33,549 bases of DNA, from assembly GCA_964480825.1 (NCBI GenBank), contig CAYZRJ010000001.1, positions 1 through 33,549 on the forward strand, given 5' to 3'. Below are positions 20,001 to 28,407 of the stretch, in pieces. This DNA is from an uncultured Candidatus Saccharibacteria bacterium (GTDB lineage: Bacteria; Patescibacteriota; WWE3; UBA101185; UBA10185). Both the position numbers and the translations under genes were made by a program. Positions within the stretch are counted from its first letter, which is position 1, and the number at the start of each line of letters is the position of its first letter. Below the pieces are notes generated by a model that was not told where the DNA came from, made no database searches, and saw nothing but the letters and a program-made list of their open reading frames with translations.

Positions 20001-20828
20001 TTATTTAGTTAACACACAAACAGGAGTATTTTCAATCCAATAGGCGTGCGTAAATATCTTATCATTTTTTTCCAACCAATCGTCAACAGCTTTAACGACC
20101 TCTTGATTATTCCAGCCCCAAAATAAAACGTCACCTCTTGGGCTGTCTTCCGAGGGGATGTAGTCGTCTAGAACAACTGCTTTTTTGGCTATTTTTGCAC
20201 AATTATCTAAATCGGAATAAACAAAGTCATACTTGTGATTGCCATCTATATAGCAAACGTCAATCTGTGGCAAACTTGTATAGTCAAATTTAGTGCTATC
20301 ATCCCAAATCTGATTAATATCCAATCCTTTTTGCTTGTAAAACCAGCCAATTTTTTCTTTTTCAATGGGGTTGTTGGCGAAAGAATTTTCAATGGGGTTC
20401 ATGGTGTAACAGATAGCATCGGGACATGCTGTTTTGATCGCGGAAATACCCCATCCATACCACGTGCCGATTTCTAAAACTGTCTTAGGATCAAATGCGG
20501 CAACCAACGAAGACTTTGTTGTATAATCCGTAATTGGGTATTTATCTTTCAACTGTTTTTTCTTGTCTATATAATATTTTTTAATGCCTGCGAATTGGTG
20601 TTTAGCAATACGCGGAAATTCACGAATTAATTTTGGTAGTTGGGTCAAAATCAGCTTAATTTCGTTTCTCGCCAAATGTGCCGTTTTTTCACCCATGCTA
20701 AATAATCCGAATTCTTCTTTAAGTTTTACAAAATCATCCGGAGTAAATAATCCTAAAGTTACGAGATCTCTTTCCACATAATTTATTTTCTCTGCTAATT
20801 GCTTTTTGGTAATAGTTTCAACTTTCAT
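20001..20828 (-). CDS. Class I SAM-dependent methyltransferase-like protein (Methyltransf_24 / CmcI-TylF-like)
   Basis: 275-aa ORF with VLEIGTWYGWG (motif I-like) and ...CYIDGNHKYDFVYSDLDNC..., which resembles sugar/macrolide O-methyltransferase-like families. The assignment rests on motif resemblance only. Confidence 0.55.
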   Translation of the reverse strand: MKVETITKKQLAEKINYVERDLVTLGLFTPDDFVKLKEEFGLFSMGEKTAHLARNEIKLILTQLPKLIREFPRIAKHQFAGIKKYYIDKKKQLKDKYPITDYTTKSSLVAAFDPKTVLEIGTWYGWGISAIKTACPDAICYTMNPIENSFANNPIEKEKIGWFYKQKGLDINQIWDDSTKFDYTSLPQIDVCYIDGNHKYDFVYSDLDNCAKIAKKAVVLDDYIPSEDSPRGDVLFWGWNNQEVVKAVDDWLEKNDKIFTHAYWIENTPVCVLTK

Positions 20829-20879
20829 ATGTTTTCAGATATTAGCAGATCAGTACAAAAAAATACACCCTATGAATTA

Positions 20880-21866
20880 CTATTTAAAATCCAAATAAGC
20901 ATGGAGGTTACGATATTTGTCACTGTAAGCATCGATATCAGGATGGGCTTTTAGATAAGCAACTATTTCTTTAACCCCAGCTACGATATCGTATGTTGTG
21001 CCAAAACCCAACTGATTATGAATTTTATCGAAAGAAACTTTGTAGTCACGGGCATCCAAATCCTTTTCGATATACTCAAACTGCACATCTCCAACTGTAT
21101 CCGCAACAATTTGTCCAAGCTCACGTTTTGTGTGATTAGACATTTTTGTAGAACCAATATTAAATATTTGTCTGGTCACTTTCTGCACAGGCGTATTAAT
21201 AATCAAATCAAAAGCTTTCACCACATCAAACAAGTGAACAAATGCTCGGCCTTGCGTTCCCATTACAGTTAATTTCCTCTTGTAAAACGCGTCGCGCGTA
21301 AATTCGTTTACTAATAGATCAAATCGCATACGTGGTGAAATACCGAAAACTGTGGCAACCCTACAAATTGTTGGGTTAAAATCCGGCGATGTATCAGCAA
21401 GAATATGCTCTTCGGCAGCTACTTTTGATTCGGCATACGCTGAAATTGGCGTCAACTTGGTCGTTTCGTCCGCTAAATTATCTTTACCGCTTGCACCGTA
21501 ATTGCTGCAAGTAGAAACAAAGATGAACCTTGGCGTTTTGTGCTTTTTTACCAATTGAACCAGTTCTTTGGTTGAATCAAAATTAATTTTCCACGTTAAG
21601 TCAGGTATTCTATCGGATTCGGGAGCGCCGACAATAGCAGCTAAATGAATAACAGCATCAACCTCATCCAACGCCTGTTCCAAAACTTTTGTCTCTCTTA
21701 TGTCGCCTTTTATCAAAGTGAAGTTGTCGTATGATTGTAGTCGCTTGACCGAATCTTCGCCAAAAATACATACGTCCATACCCCTGACTTGGTGACCTTG
21801 CTTCAAAAATTTTGTTGCAGTGTAAGAACCGATGTAACCGGCCACTCCTGTTATTAATATTCTCAT
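20880..21866 (-). CDS. NAD-dependent epimerase/dehydratase (extended SDR, nucleotide-sugar epimerase/dehydratase)
   Basis: 328-aa ORF with MRILITGVAGYIGS (GxxGxxG), VSTCSNYG and YAESKVAAE (Y-x3-K). Confidence 0.9.
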   Translation of the reverse strand: MRILITGVAGYIGSYTATKFLKQGHQVRGMDVCIFGEDSVKRLQSYDNFTLIKGDIRETKVLEQALDEVDAVIHLAAIVGAPESDRIPDLTWKINFDSTKELVQLVKKHKTPRFIFVSTCSNYGASGKDNLADETTKLTPISAYAESKVAAEEHILADTSPDFNPTICRVATVFGISPRMRFDLLVNEFTRDAFYKRKLTVMGTQGRAFVHLFDVVKAFDLIINTPVQKVTRQIFNIGSTKMSNHTKRELGQIVADTVGDVQFEYIEKDLDARDYKVSFDKIHNQLGFGTTYDIVAGVKEIVAYLKAHPDIDAYSDKYRNLHAYLDFK

Positions 21867-21910
21867 CCCTACATGCTAACTCGCAATTTGCCGGAAATCA
21901 ATTAGTTAAA

Positions 21911-24235
21911 TTAATAAACTTCCATCGATAGCACTCCTACCTCAAAATTTGCTGGACCAGTTTTTCTGTCTAACACAATGCTGAATTTACCTGTATTTTT
22001 TACAGCTTCGGTAACATCTATGTACACAGTAATCTTGTCCTGATCTTCGCCTAAAATACCTACTTTATGTTCAAATAGTTTTTTGACACTGCCGGTTGTA
22101 TCGTCGTATGCCACATAAATAGCGTTATTAGTTTGTGCTATACGATAGTCCAGTTTTAATGTGTATCTGAGATTTGCATACTTTTTGTCGTCAATTTTAA
22201 AAACTATGCTGCCTGTTTCATATCCCGGCTTAACATTTATTAATTTATATTCAATATTGTGTTCGGTATTTTTTAACTCAACGGCCGCTGTCAAATTCTC
22301 AATTACATTTGTGTCTTTGAGTTGCTGCTTTATTCCGTACACAATGTTACTTACAAATAATTCGCTGGTTACAGTTGATGTAATTCTGTGCCACAGTACA
22401 TCGCTTTCAGACTTAAGGTAAAAATCAAAAACTTCAAACGAACTCAACAAATTTTCGCCAAATGTTTTGTTTCGTGTCGAGTCAAAAAGAGTTTGATTCT
22501 TTACGGATGTATAAGGATACCAATATAATTTCAAGAATCCCGTAAGTTCGATCGCATCTTGAGGACTAGATAACATATACTGTTTTAAATCGTTACTTAA
22601 AAATTTCACTACAGCTTCATCTATACTATTAGCAGTATCAACTCCGGTTAATGCTTTATATTTTTCTAAAAAAGTTCTATTTGATAGATCAAAAAGTGGT
22701 ATATAACTATCGTTATCATCTCCTGTTATAACTTCGCTATATCGCGACTGCTCATATTTTGTGTGTGCTGCCTCATTCCAAAATTTATATGGAGTATAAG
22801 AAAAAGTGGGTTTACGAGACAATACGTATTCTGGGTGAACTTCGTTTTCATGTCCAATAGTACCGCGCTTTGTTATAGGAAACCGAGCAAAATAAGGATC
22901 AGTTAGAATTCCGCCCATAACGTTGATTTTTTCTCCTGCAGCGTAACCGAAAAGACCAATGTTTGGCATCACAACACTTATAGGCGTATCAACAGCGTCT
23001 GCAATATCTTTATAGTAATAACCGCGTTTAGCCCAATTAAATTCGTTTGTGACGGGCTCTTTAATATAATTGTTAAAATCTTTAGATTTAAAATTGTAAT
23101 TAAAATGGGCTCGCTCATCTTTGATATTTGCAATCTGTTTTCCGGCAATCACGCTGTAGGGTTTTTGAACATATGAAACGACGCCAACCAATAATAATAA
23201 GGGAAACATAACTGCAGTAAGTTTTAATTCGCTGAAATTCTCTTTCTTTGCATACACTGCTAATAAACTTTCGGAGCTATCACTTAGCGAAATAGCGGCC
23301 AGCATAAATGGGACGAGCAAAAATCTACCGTGCATATAGTCTCCCCCTGCGTATAAAACATAACTAGTGTTAATTAACGCCATCATTAACAAATGATAAT
23401 TTGGCGAATAATAGTTTCGAACTAGCGGACGATTGAAAGTGTATACAAGCAAAAAATACGTAAGGATTAAAAGTACTAGTATAGTAACGGGATACGATTT
23501 TGCAAAATCCAATAGGTAGTGTGTGCCTTGAGTTAGATATAACTCGCCACCTTTTTTAGCGTAAAAAGTGTTCGGAAAAAACGACGCAAAATAACCCAAC
23601 CTAAATATTTGATAACCACCCAGTAAAAATGTTCCCGGAATTAAAAATTTGAGTAATTCGACTGATTTTTGGTTTTTTACTAATTGAACAACATAACAAA
23701 TCAAAATATATAACCAAAACACAACCGTTTCAGGTCGGTTAAGCACTAGTAATGATAAGATTACCGAAAGCGTTATTGGCTTTGCGTATATTCCTTTTTT
23801 TAATATCAACACTACTGAAACCGCGGTTAAAAAATAACTAAGCGACGTCTCAAATCCACTCGTTGCAAAATCTCTAAAAGCAGAGTTGGTAATTAAAAGT
23901 ATTACTCCAATCGGGAAAAAAAGTTTATCTTTTTGACGACGACCAAAAAGTATTATGAATATTGCAAAGGTAGACAAAAGTAGGCCTAAAATTATAGCCA
24001 TGGGACGCAAGTTAGCAGCAAAAATAACGCGAAAAAACGCCAGTGAAAATACCCAAAGCGGAGAAGTAAAGCCCTCGACGCGCTCACCAATGTTAAAGAC
24101 CAAACCATACCCATTTACAAAATTGTCAATATATCTAAAAAAAATAAAGGCGTCCTCACCAATCCAAGCTCTAAGCGAAAAGAGATAAAATGCTATGTAA
24201 CCTGTAAAAACGCATAACAGCCAAAGAATTATCAT
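21911..24235 (-). CDS. Large polytopic membrane protein, GT-C-like (arabinofuranosyl/mannosyl-transferase-like N-terminus) with a ~330-aa soluble C-terminal domain
   Basis: 774-aa ORF. Immediately after TM1 comes the acidic motif GEDAFIFFRYIDNFVNGYGLVFNIGERVEGFTSPLW, which matches the DDA-x-I-x-x-RY...GE-x-VEG pattern I associate with bacterial GT-C membrane transferases. About 12 TM helices follow. Confidence 0.55.
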   Translation of the reverse strand: MIILWLLCVFTGYIAFYLFSLRAWIGEDAFIFFRYIDNFVNGYGLVFNIGERVEGFTSPLWVFSLAFFRVIFAANLRPMAIILGLLLSTFAIFIILFGRRQKDKLFFPIGVILLITNSAFRDFATSGFETSLSYFLTAVSVVLILKKGIYAKPITLSVILSLLVLNRPETVVFWLYILICYVVQLVKNQKSVELLKFLIPGTFLLGGYQIFRLGYFASFFPNTFYAKKGGELYLTQGTHYLLDFAKSYPVTILVLLILTYFLLVYTFNRPLVRNYYSPNYHLLMMALINTSYVLYAGGDYMHGRFLLVPFMLAAISLSDSSESLLAVYAKKENFSELKLTAVMFPLLLLVGVVSYVQKPYSVIAGKQIANIKDERAHFNYNFKSKDFNNYIKEPVTNEFNWAKRGYYYKDIADAVDTPISVVMPNIGLFGYAAGEKINVMGGILTDPYFARFPITKRGTIGHENEVHPEYVLSRKPTFSYTPYKFWNEAAHTKYEQSRYSEVITGDDNDSYIPLFDLSNRTFLEKYKALTGVDTANSIDEAVVKFLSNDLKQYMLSSPQDAIELTGFLKLYWYPYTSVKNQTLFDSTRNKTFGENLLSSFEVFDFYLKSESDVLWHRITSTVTSELFVSNIVYGIKQQLKDTNVIENLTAAVELKNTEHNIEYKLINVKPGYETGSIVFKIDDKKYANLRYTLKLDYRIAQTNNAIYVAYDDTTGSVKKLFEHKVGILGEDQDKITVYIDVTEAVKNTGKFSIVLDRKTGPANFEVGVLSMEVY

Positions 24236-24270
24236 ATGGAACTAATGGTTACATGCCGTTAGTGATTAGG

Positions 24271-24307
24271 CAATAAAAAGGAGAATATGCGGATCAACAT
24301 ATTCTCC
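24271..24307 (-). terminator. Rho-independent terminator downstream of the GC-rich GT2 gene
   Basis: Perfect 10-bp inverted repeat GGAGAATATG (24280-24289) / CATATTCTCC (24298-24307) around an 8-nt loop. On the minus strand the hairpin is followed by TTTTTATTG. Confidence 0.75.
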
Positions 24308-25155
24308 TAGCTACGACTTTTCGCTAATTTGAGATTCAAGACGACACCCTTCCAGATTAACAACATCCCCCCAATGAGTGCTCTTGCCAAATACCCAGCT
24401 GTGAGTGGCGCGAGCTTTCGGTTGAAATGGGCACCATAAATGATGCCTTTTTCGAGAATGGTTACGTCATTGTGCTTGGCGAGCCAACATATCAGCGCGC
24501 GTGCTTCTGTCTGGAAAAGGTGCATGGGCCCCCATTTGGTGGAAATCCATTTTTCGGGCGGACACAACTCAAACATTTTTCTCAACAACGGCGCGCTAAA
24601 GGCCTCGAAACCACTTGTAAGGTCAGTGAGACGACTGCCTTGCGGTCCAAGCATCAACAGGTTCCTGGCAAAGACAGTACCTGCCAGCGAAAGACTAACC
24701 CTGTCCCACGGAAAATGATCAGCTCCGCCAAGATCCATCCGTGTAGACATCACACAAAGCATAATTTGTGGATCTGTTTGTAGCTTCGCAACAGACTCAC
24801 TTAGTAGCCCGCTGACCTCTTCTGCCTCATGCGCGCCACTCGCGTCAATCTCAAGTACCAAATCTGGCCCCAAATCAAGAGCTAACCGAAACGCCGCAAG
24901 GTATAAATCGGCGTTCTTTGTTGATGCTGTGTTGTGAGCAAGAAGGTGGAAATTGGGACAGTCTTTTTGCAGATGTTCAAATATCCTCCAATCTGCCCTA
25001 CCGACAATTTCGATCGACAAGATGACGTGTGTCTCGACATTACCTAACTTATTTCCCTCTGCAAAAAGCGCACGAACAAATTGTTCGATAAAGTCTTCTG
25101 GAGCTCGCCATGCGGTGGGTAACACAGCGCACACCACCAACTTGAATGCTTTCAT
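24307..25155 (-). CDS. Divergent GT-A fold glycosyltransferase, GtrB/DPM1-like (polyprenyl-phosphate sugar synthase-like), C-terminal TM helix
   Basis: 282-aa ORF, GC-rich. It follows the DPM1/GtrB layout: ...GPDLVLEIDASGAHEAEEV..., ...STRMDLGG...WDRVSLSLAGTVFARNLL..., ...LTDLTSGFEAFS..., ...FQTEA..., and the hydrophobic tail ALIGGMLLIWKGVVL. A strong SD (GGAAGGAGG) precedes the ATG. Confidence 0.6.
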   Translation of the reverse strand: MKAFKLVVCAVLPTAWRAPEDFIEQFVRALFAEGNKLGNVETHVILSIEIVGRADWRIFEHLQKDCPNFHLLAHNTASTKNADLYLAAFRLALDLGPDLVLEIDASGAHEAEEVSGLLSESVAKLQTDPQIMLCVMSTRMDLGGADHFPWDRVSLSLAGTVFARNLLMLGPQGSRLTDLTSGFEAFSAPLLRKMFELCPPEKWISTKWGPMHLFQTEARALICWLAKHNDVTILEKGIIYGAHFNRKLAPLTAGYLARALIGGMLLIWKGVVLNLKLAKSRS

Positions 25156-25220
25156 TTGAGTACCTCCTTCCTTGTAGTTTGCTTTATATTATCCACAAAA
25201 ACGTGAAAACTCATAGGACT

Positions 25221-26237
25221 TTACTGGCGCCAACCTGTTCTGTCATATTCGGATTTCACGAAAACATTTTTTATAACACCAACACTGTATTCCCAAAGCG
25301 TAATCTCGCACGCAAGAATATGAAAAAACCATGCAGAATCTTTTTTACGTGAGTAACCGATTAGCGACTGCATGATCAACGGAAATAAAGTTATGCAATA
25401 TAAAATGAATTTTAGATAACTGTAGTAGTTTTTTTTATTCCACGGATAGCTTCGATTTCCAGCATGTTTGTGGTACAAAAAGTCCTTTAAGCGACGCCTT
25501 TGTTTGGTGGCAAATTTTTTAACGTCGGATTCACAATAACTGTGAATAATATCTTCTTTAACTTTTATAAATTTAACTTCACCGGTTTTATCTAGGGTTT
25601 CAGCCAAAATGTCTATATCAAACAGGTAGTCACCTTTTGCGTGTGTTTTCAAGAAATCGGATCTAAAAATAGTTCCGTTTGCTCCGATTGTGGGAATTCC
25701 GGCTTTATTAAAAGTTGCCAAAATATAGCCGCCAAAATCCTGCTCACTATGAGATACCTCTGTCCATTTATTCGAAAGTAGGTTTAAACGGTCGTAATTT
25801 CCCAAAAAATAAACAAGAGGGTCATTCATACCCATCAAAGCACAATAACGCGTTATAAACCCATCTGAAGCCCTTAAAGTGTATGCCCAAGGCTCACTTC
25901 CTACTGCCTCGGCGTGATCAATAAGTGGTTTTACCATGTTTTGTAACCACAACGAATGCGGAAGCTCATTATCAGAGTCTACAAGTGCGACTAAATCACC
26001 TGTGGCATGCACTAGAGCGCTCATTTTACCTGCTTCTGCGGTTTTTAGTGGATTAAATATGATTGTAGCACCGTACTTTTTGGCTATCTCTAATGTTCGA
26101 TCGGTAGAACCTCCGTCAGCAATAATTACTTCGATTTTGTCTTTTGGATAATCTTGAACGGCAATAGAAGCAAGACACGTTTCTAAAACTTTTTGGGCAT
26201 TGAGAGTTGGTATTAAAAACGAAACCTTTGGCCACAT
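25221..26237 (-). CDS. Glycosyltransferase family 2 (GT-A) with C-terminal membrane helices
   Basis: 338-aa ORF with VSFLIPTLNA...IEVIIADGGSTDRT...ALVDSDNELP (DxD), followed by two hydrophobic helices. Confidence 0.85.
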   Translation of the reverse strand: MWPKVSFLIPTLNAQKVLETCLASIAVQDYPKDKIEVIIADGGSTDRTLEIAKKYGATIIFNPLKTAEAGKMSALVHATGDLVALVDSDNELPHSLWLQNMVKPLIDHAEAVGSEPWAYTLRASDGFITRYCALMGMNDPLVYFLGNYDRLNLLSNKWTEVSHSEQDFGGYILATFNKAGIPTIGANGTIFRSDFLKTHAKGDYLFDIDILAETLDKTGEVKFIKVKEDIIHSYCESDVKKFATKQRRRLKDFLYHKHAGNRSYPWNKKNYYSYLKFILYCITLFPLIMQSLIGYSRKKDSAWFFHILACEITLWEYSVGVIKNVFVKSEYDRTGWRQ

Positions 26238-26251
26238 AGATCTATAATAGC

Positions 26252-26290
26252 AAAGAAAAACAGCCCTGAGAAAAATTCCTCATGAGCTGT
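26252..26290 (-). terminator. Rho-independent terminator of cassette 1
   Basis: On the minus strand, CAGCTCATGAG / CTCAGGGCTG forms a ~10-bp stem (one bulge, one G-U) with an 8-nt loop, followed by TTTTTCTTTG. It is 57/58 identical to the copy at 27834-27891. Confidence 0.65.
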
Positions 26291-26307
26291 TTTAATAACT
26301 TACACTA

Positions 26308-26817
26308 CTACTGGATGTTCACGCAGTTTCGAGGCCAAGCTACATCGGGGATCCACGCTCTTCCGGTTAAAGTTCGCGACGTAACTCTTTCTTCACAAAG
26401 CATCCAACCGTACGGAGACAGTTGCCTCAATCCGACAACTTCGACATCGGCGGGAATCTGGAAATCAAATACACCTGTGTTCATTGAACCGCCCTGAGTT
26501 ACAAGTTCGCCCTGCAAATTGAAGAAGGCCCCTTCCAACTTATTCTTCATTCTTGAAAGTTCCACCCCCTCGGGACTCATGCGAACCAAAAGCTCGCTTT
26601 CTGTGTCCAAGGTGTAACCCATCGCCTGCATAAGTCCAATTGCTTTCTCCGCGGTGGAATAGATTTTCAAGTAGGTACTGTGAATGTCTATTTGGCGAAA
26701 TTTATACCAAGTAGTCATGTACAGCCCGGTCGAAACCTGCATACAGGCGTAATACGTATAACCTTGTCCCTCCTGACCTTTTCGAAGCGGTACGATCCGA
26801 AAGAAGTTGTCGTCCAT
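26308..26817 (-). CDS. Uncharacterised soluble protein, family B copy 1 (169 aa)
   Basis: The ORF is preceded by AAGGAG in a 16-nt gap. It is 107/169 identical (hand alignment) to 27889..28392. I see no TM helix, signal peptide or recognisable catalytic motif. Confidence 0.8.
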   Translation of the reverse strand: MDDNFFRIVPLRKGQEGQGYTYYACMQVSTGLYMTTWYKFRQIDIHSTYLKIYSTAEKAIGLMQAMGYTLDTESELLVRMSPEGVELSRMKNKLEGAFFNLQGELVTQGGSMNTGVFDFQIPADVEVVGLRQLSPYGWMLCEERVTSRTLTGRAWIPDVAWPRNCVNIQ

Positions 26818-26833
26818 TTTTTCTCCTTTGTTA

Positions 26834-27220
26834 TTATTCGGTTCTTGAGTGATTGACGATATCTACGATATGTTGACCTTTGATCATACACCACGATCCG
26901 GGTAAAAATCTTGGCCAAACTTCGACGGTACGATTTGCCGTTAAACCCATAGATATAAGGAGTTTAGCGACTTCATTGCAAAGAAGATCTGCCTTTGCTT
27001 CAAGCTTTTCGTCTGGACAGGTATCCAGAAAGACAATGAAGTCTGCCGCGGCGGGATCTGCATCGATAATATCGCATTTGTTCAGGTTCACAATAACATC
27101 CGTGTAAAGAACTTCGGATATATCGCATACCGTAACTTTGAGGAGGCTCCGTATTTCTCGAAAACTGACGTAAAGTACATGCTCTACACTCGAGTTTTTT
27201 GGTGCAAAGGTAACAATCAT
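26834..27220 (-). CDS. Uncharacterised soluble protein, family A copy 1 (128 aa)
   Basis: The ORF has an AAGGAG SD. It is 103/129 identical to 28408..28797 and distantly similar to 28936..29325. The predicted pattern is beta-alpha-beta x2. Confidence 0.8.
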   Translation of the reverse strand: MIVTFAPKNSSVEHVLYVSFREIRSLLKVTVCDISEVLYTDVIVNLNKCDIIDADPAAADFIVFLDTCPDEKLEAKADLLCNEVAKLLISMGLTANRTVEVWPRFLPGSWCMIKGQHIVDIVNHSRTE

Positions 27221-27254
27221 AACTAACTCCTTTGTTTACTTCACGAAACTACGC

Positions 27255-27740
27255 TTACGGGCAACTGCCGGTTCGGTAGAGATCGAGCGCGGGATCGGTT
27301 GAGTCGTAGTCAATACTTGAGTGATCGTTCAACGCTACAAGTGACGCGGCGCGTGGAGAAAGCTTGCGCTTGAGATCATCCAAACCTCCGTCAAGCAATC
27401 GCGAGTACTCTTCTTGTGGCAATCGTACTACAAAAAGAGTATTTACGGCGGCCGCGGCGTTTATCTTGGGAAGCAAAGTATCCCAATCACCTTGAAACAT
27501 TGAGGTACTGTCTTTCTCAACAAAAACCAAACTGGCTTTCCATACTCGCCCCTGGAACATTCCCGTGGGTTCAAGCTTAGTCGCGCTTGACACCCAAGAA
27601 TCGCCGACAACTGTCAGGGAAAGAGTGGTTCCATCATCCAACCGAACAACATCGGTAGCCGGGTTAAAAGTATGCCCGTTTGGCACCGACAACTTATAAA
27701 CGTCAGCGAATCGCCCGGGGTAGGTAAAAAAGATATCCAT
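27255..27740 (-). CDS. Uncharacterised soluble protein (161 aa), singleton
   Basis: The ORF has an AAGGAGA SD and sits behind a TTGCAT-N16-TATAAT promoter. GC is about 50%. The motif MFQG occurs twice (TGMFQGRVW, TSMFQGDWD). No family was recognised. Confidence 0.7.
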   Translation of the reverse strand: MDIFFTYPGRFADVYKLSVPNGHTFNPATDVVRLDDGTTLSLTVVGDSWVSSATKLEPTGMFQGRVWKASLVFVEKDSTSMFQGDWDTLLPKINAAAAVNTLFVVRLPQEEYSRLLDGGLDDLKRKLSPRAASLVALNDHSSIDYDSTDPALDLYRTGSCP

Positions 27741-27782
27741 TTGTTTTTCTCCTTTTATTTAGATTTTGGATAAGTTAAACGT

Positions 27783-27810
27783 ATTATAGGGTATTAGCGT
27801 GGAAATGCAA
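27783..27810 (-). promoter_or_regulatory. Sigma70-type promoter driving the 161-aa gene plus cassette 1
   Basis: On the minus strand, -35 TTGCAT (27810-27805), a 16-nt spacer and -10 TATAAT (27788-27783), about 40 nt upstream of the ATG at 27740. The core ATAAGTTAAACGTATTATAGGGT (plus-strand reading) is identical to the copy upstream of cassette 2. Confidence 0.7.
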
Positions 27811-27832
27811 GTCTGTTTTCTGATAAAGAAAT

Positions 27833-27871
27833 TAAGAAAAACAGCCCTGAGAAAAAATCCTCATGAGCTGT
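27833..27871 (-). terminator. Rho-independent terminator of cassette 2
   Basis: Same hairpin and T-tract as 26252-26290, with one substitution in the loop. Confidence 0.65.
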
Positions 27872-27888
27872 TTTAATAACTTACACTA

Positions 27889-28392
27889 CTAATGAATATT
27901 CACGCAGTTTTGAGGCCAGACTTTGTTAAATTTCCATGCCCTTCCGGTTAAAGCGCGGGATTCAGCTTTCTCTTCGCAAAGTACCCAACCTGGCAAGTAA
28001 AGTAACCCAACAACCTTGACATCCGCTGGAATGTTGAAAGTAAGTACGCCGTAGTCTGTCACACCGCTCTGCGTCACAAGTTCTCCCCGCAAGATGAAGA
28101 AGGCGCCTTCCAACTTATTGTGGATTCTTGATAGTTCCACGCCGTTGAGGCTCGTGCGAACCAGAAGTTCGCTTTGTGTGTCCAAGGTATAACCTAACGC
28201 TTCGGCGAAACCAACTGCTATATTCACGCTTTCGTGGATCCGCACTGACAGGCTATAGATGTCTGCTTCGCTAAACTTACGTCGAGTAGTCATGTACAAC
28301 CCTGTGGCAACCTGCATCACAGCATAATACGTATAACCCCGCCCCTCTTGACCCTTTCGAAACGGTACAACCCTAAATAATTTGTCGTCCAT
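27889..28392 (-). CDS. Uncharacterised soluble protein, family B copy 2 (167 aa)
   Basis: Paralog of 26308..26817, with an AAGGAG SD in a 15-nt gap after the family A gene. Confidence 0.8.
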   Translation of the reverse strand: MDDKLFRVVPFRKGQEGRGYTYYAVMQVATGLYMTTRRKFSEADIYSLSVRIHESVNIAVGFAEALGYTLDTQSELLVRTSLNGVELSRIHNKLEGAFFILRGELVTQSGVTDYGVLTFNIPADVKVVGLLYLPGWVLCEEKAESRALTGRAWKFNKVWPQNCVNIH

Positions 28393-28407
28393 TTTTCTCC
28401 TTTGTTA

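Larger units (their letters stand above)
26253..27240 (-). repeat. Segmental duplication unit, copy 1 (terminator + family B + family A + SD)
   Basis: Collinear with 27834-28820. The boundaries come from hand alignment: the left edge is where AAGAAAAACAGCCCTGAG starts, and the right edge is where ACTAACTCCTTT similarity decays. Confidence 0.75.

Noticed and set aside
24236-24306. Possible promoter for the 774-aa gene (TTGCCT at 24273-24268 on the minus strand)
   Set aside because: The best -10 candidates at 16-17 nt spacing are TAACCA/AACCAT, which match TATAAT poorly. This is left as an open question rather than a feature.
25156-25220. Possible promoter between the two GT2 genes (TATAAA at about 25188-25183 on the minus strand)
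   Set aside because: No acceptable -35 exists at 16-18 nt spacing and there is no upstream terminator. The gene is probably co-transcribed with 25221..26237.
24427-25352. Plus-strand ORFs 24427..24783 (118 aa), 24440..24718, 24953..25159 and 25146..25352 opposite or next to the GC-rich GT2
   Set aside because: They are antisense to a gene with a coherent GtrB/DPM1-like alignment. Higher GC lowers stop-codon frequency and produces long shadow frames. No SD or promoter is present.
26715-26918. Minus-strand 67-aa ORF bridging the family A / family B junction of cassette 1
   Set aside because: It is an alternative frame overlapping both supported genes, has no counterpart in cassette 2, and no SD.
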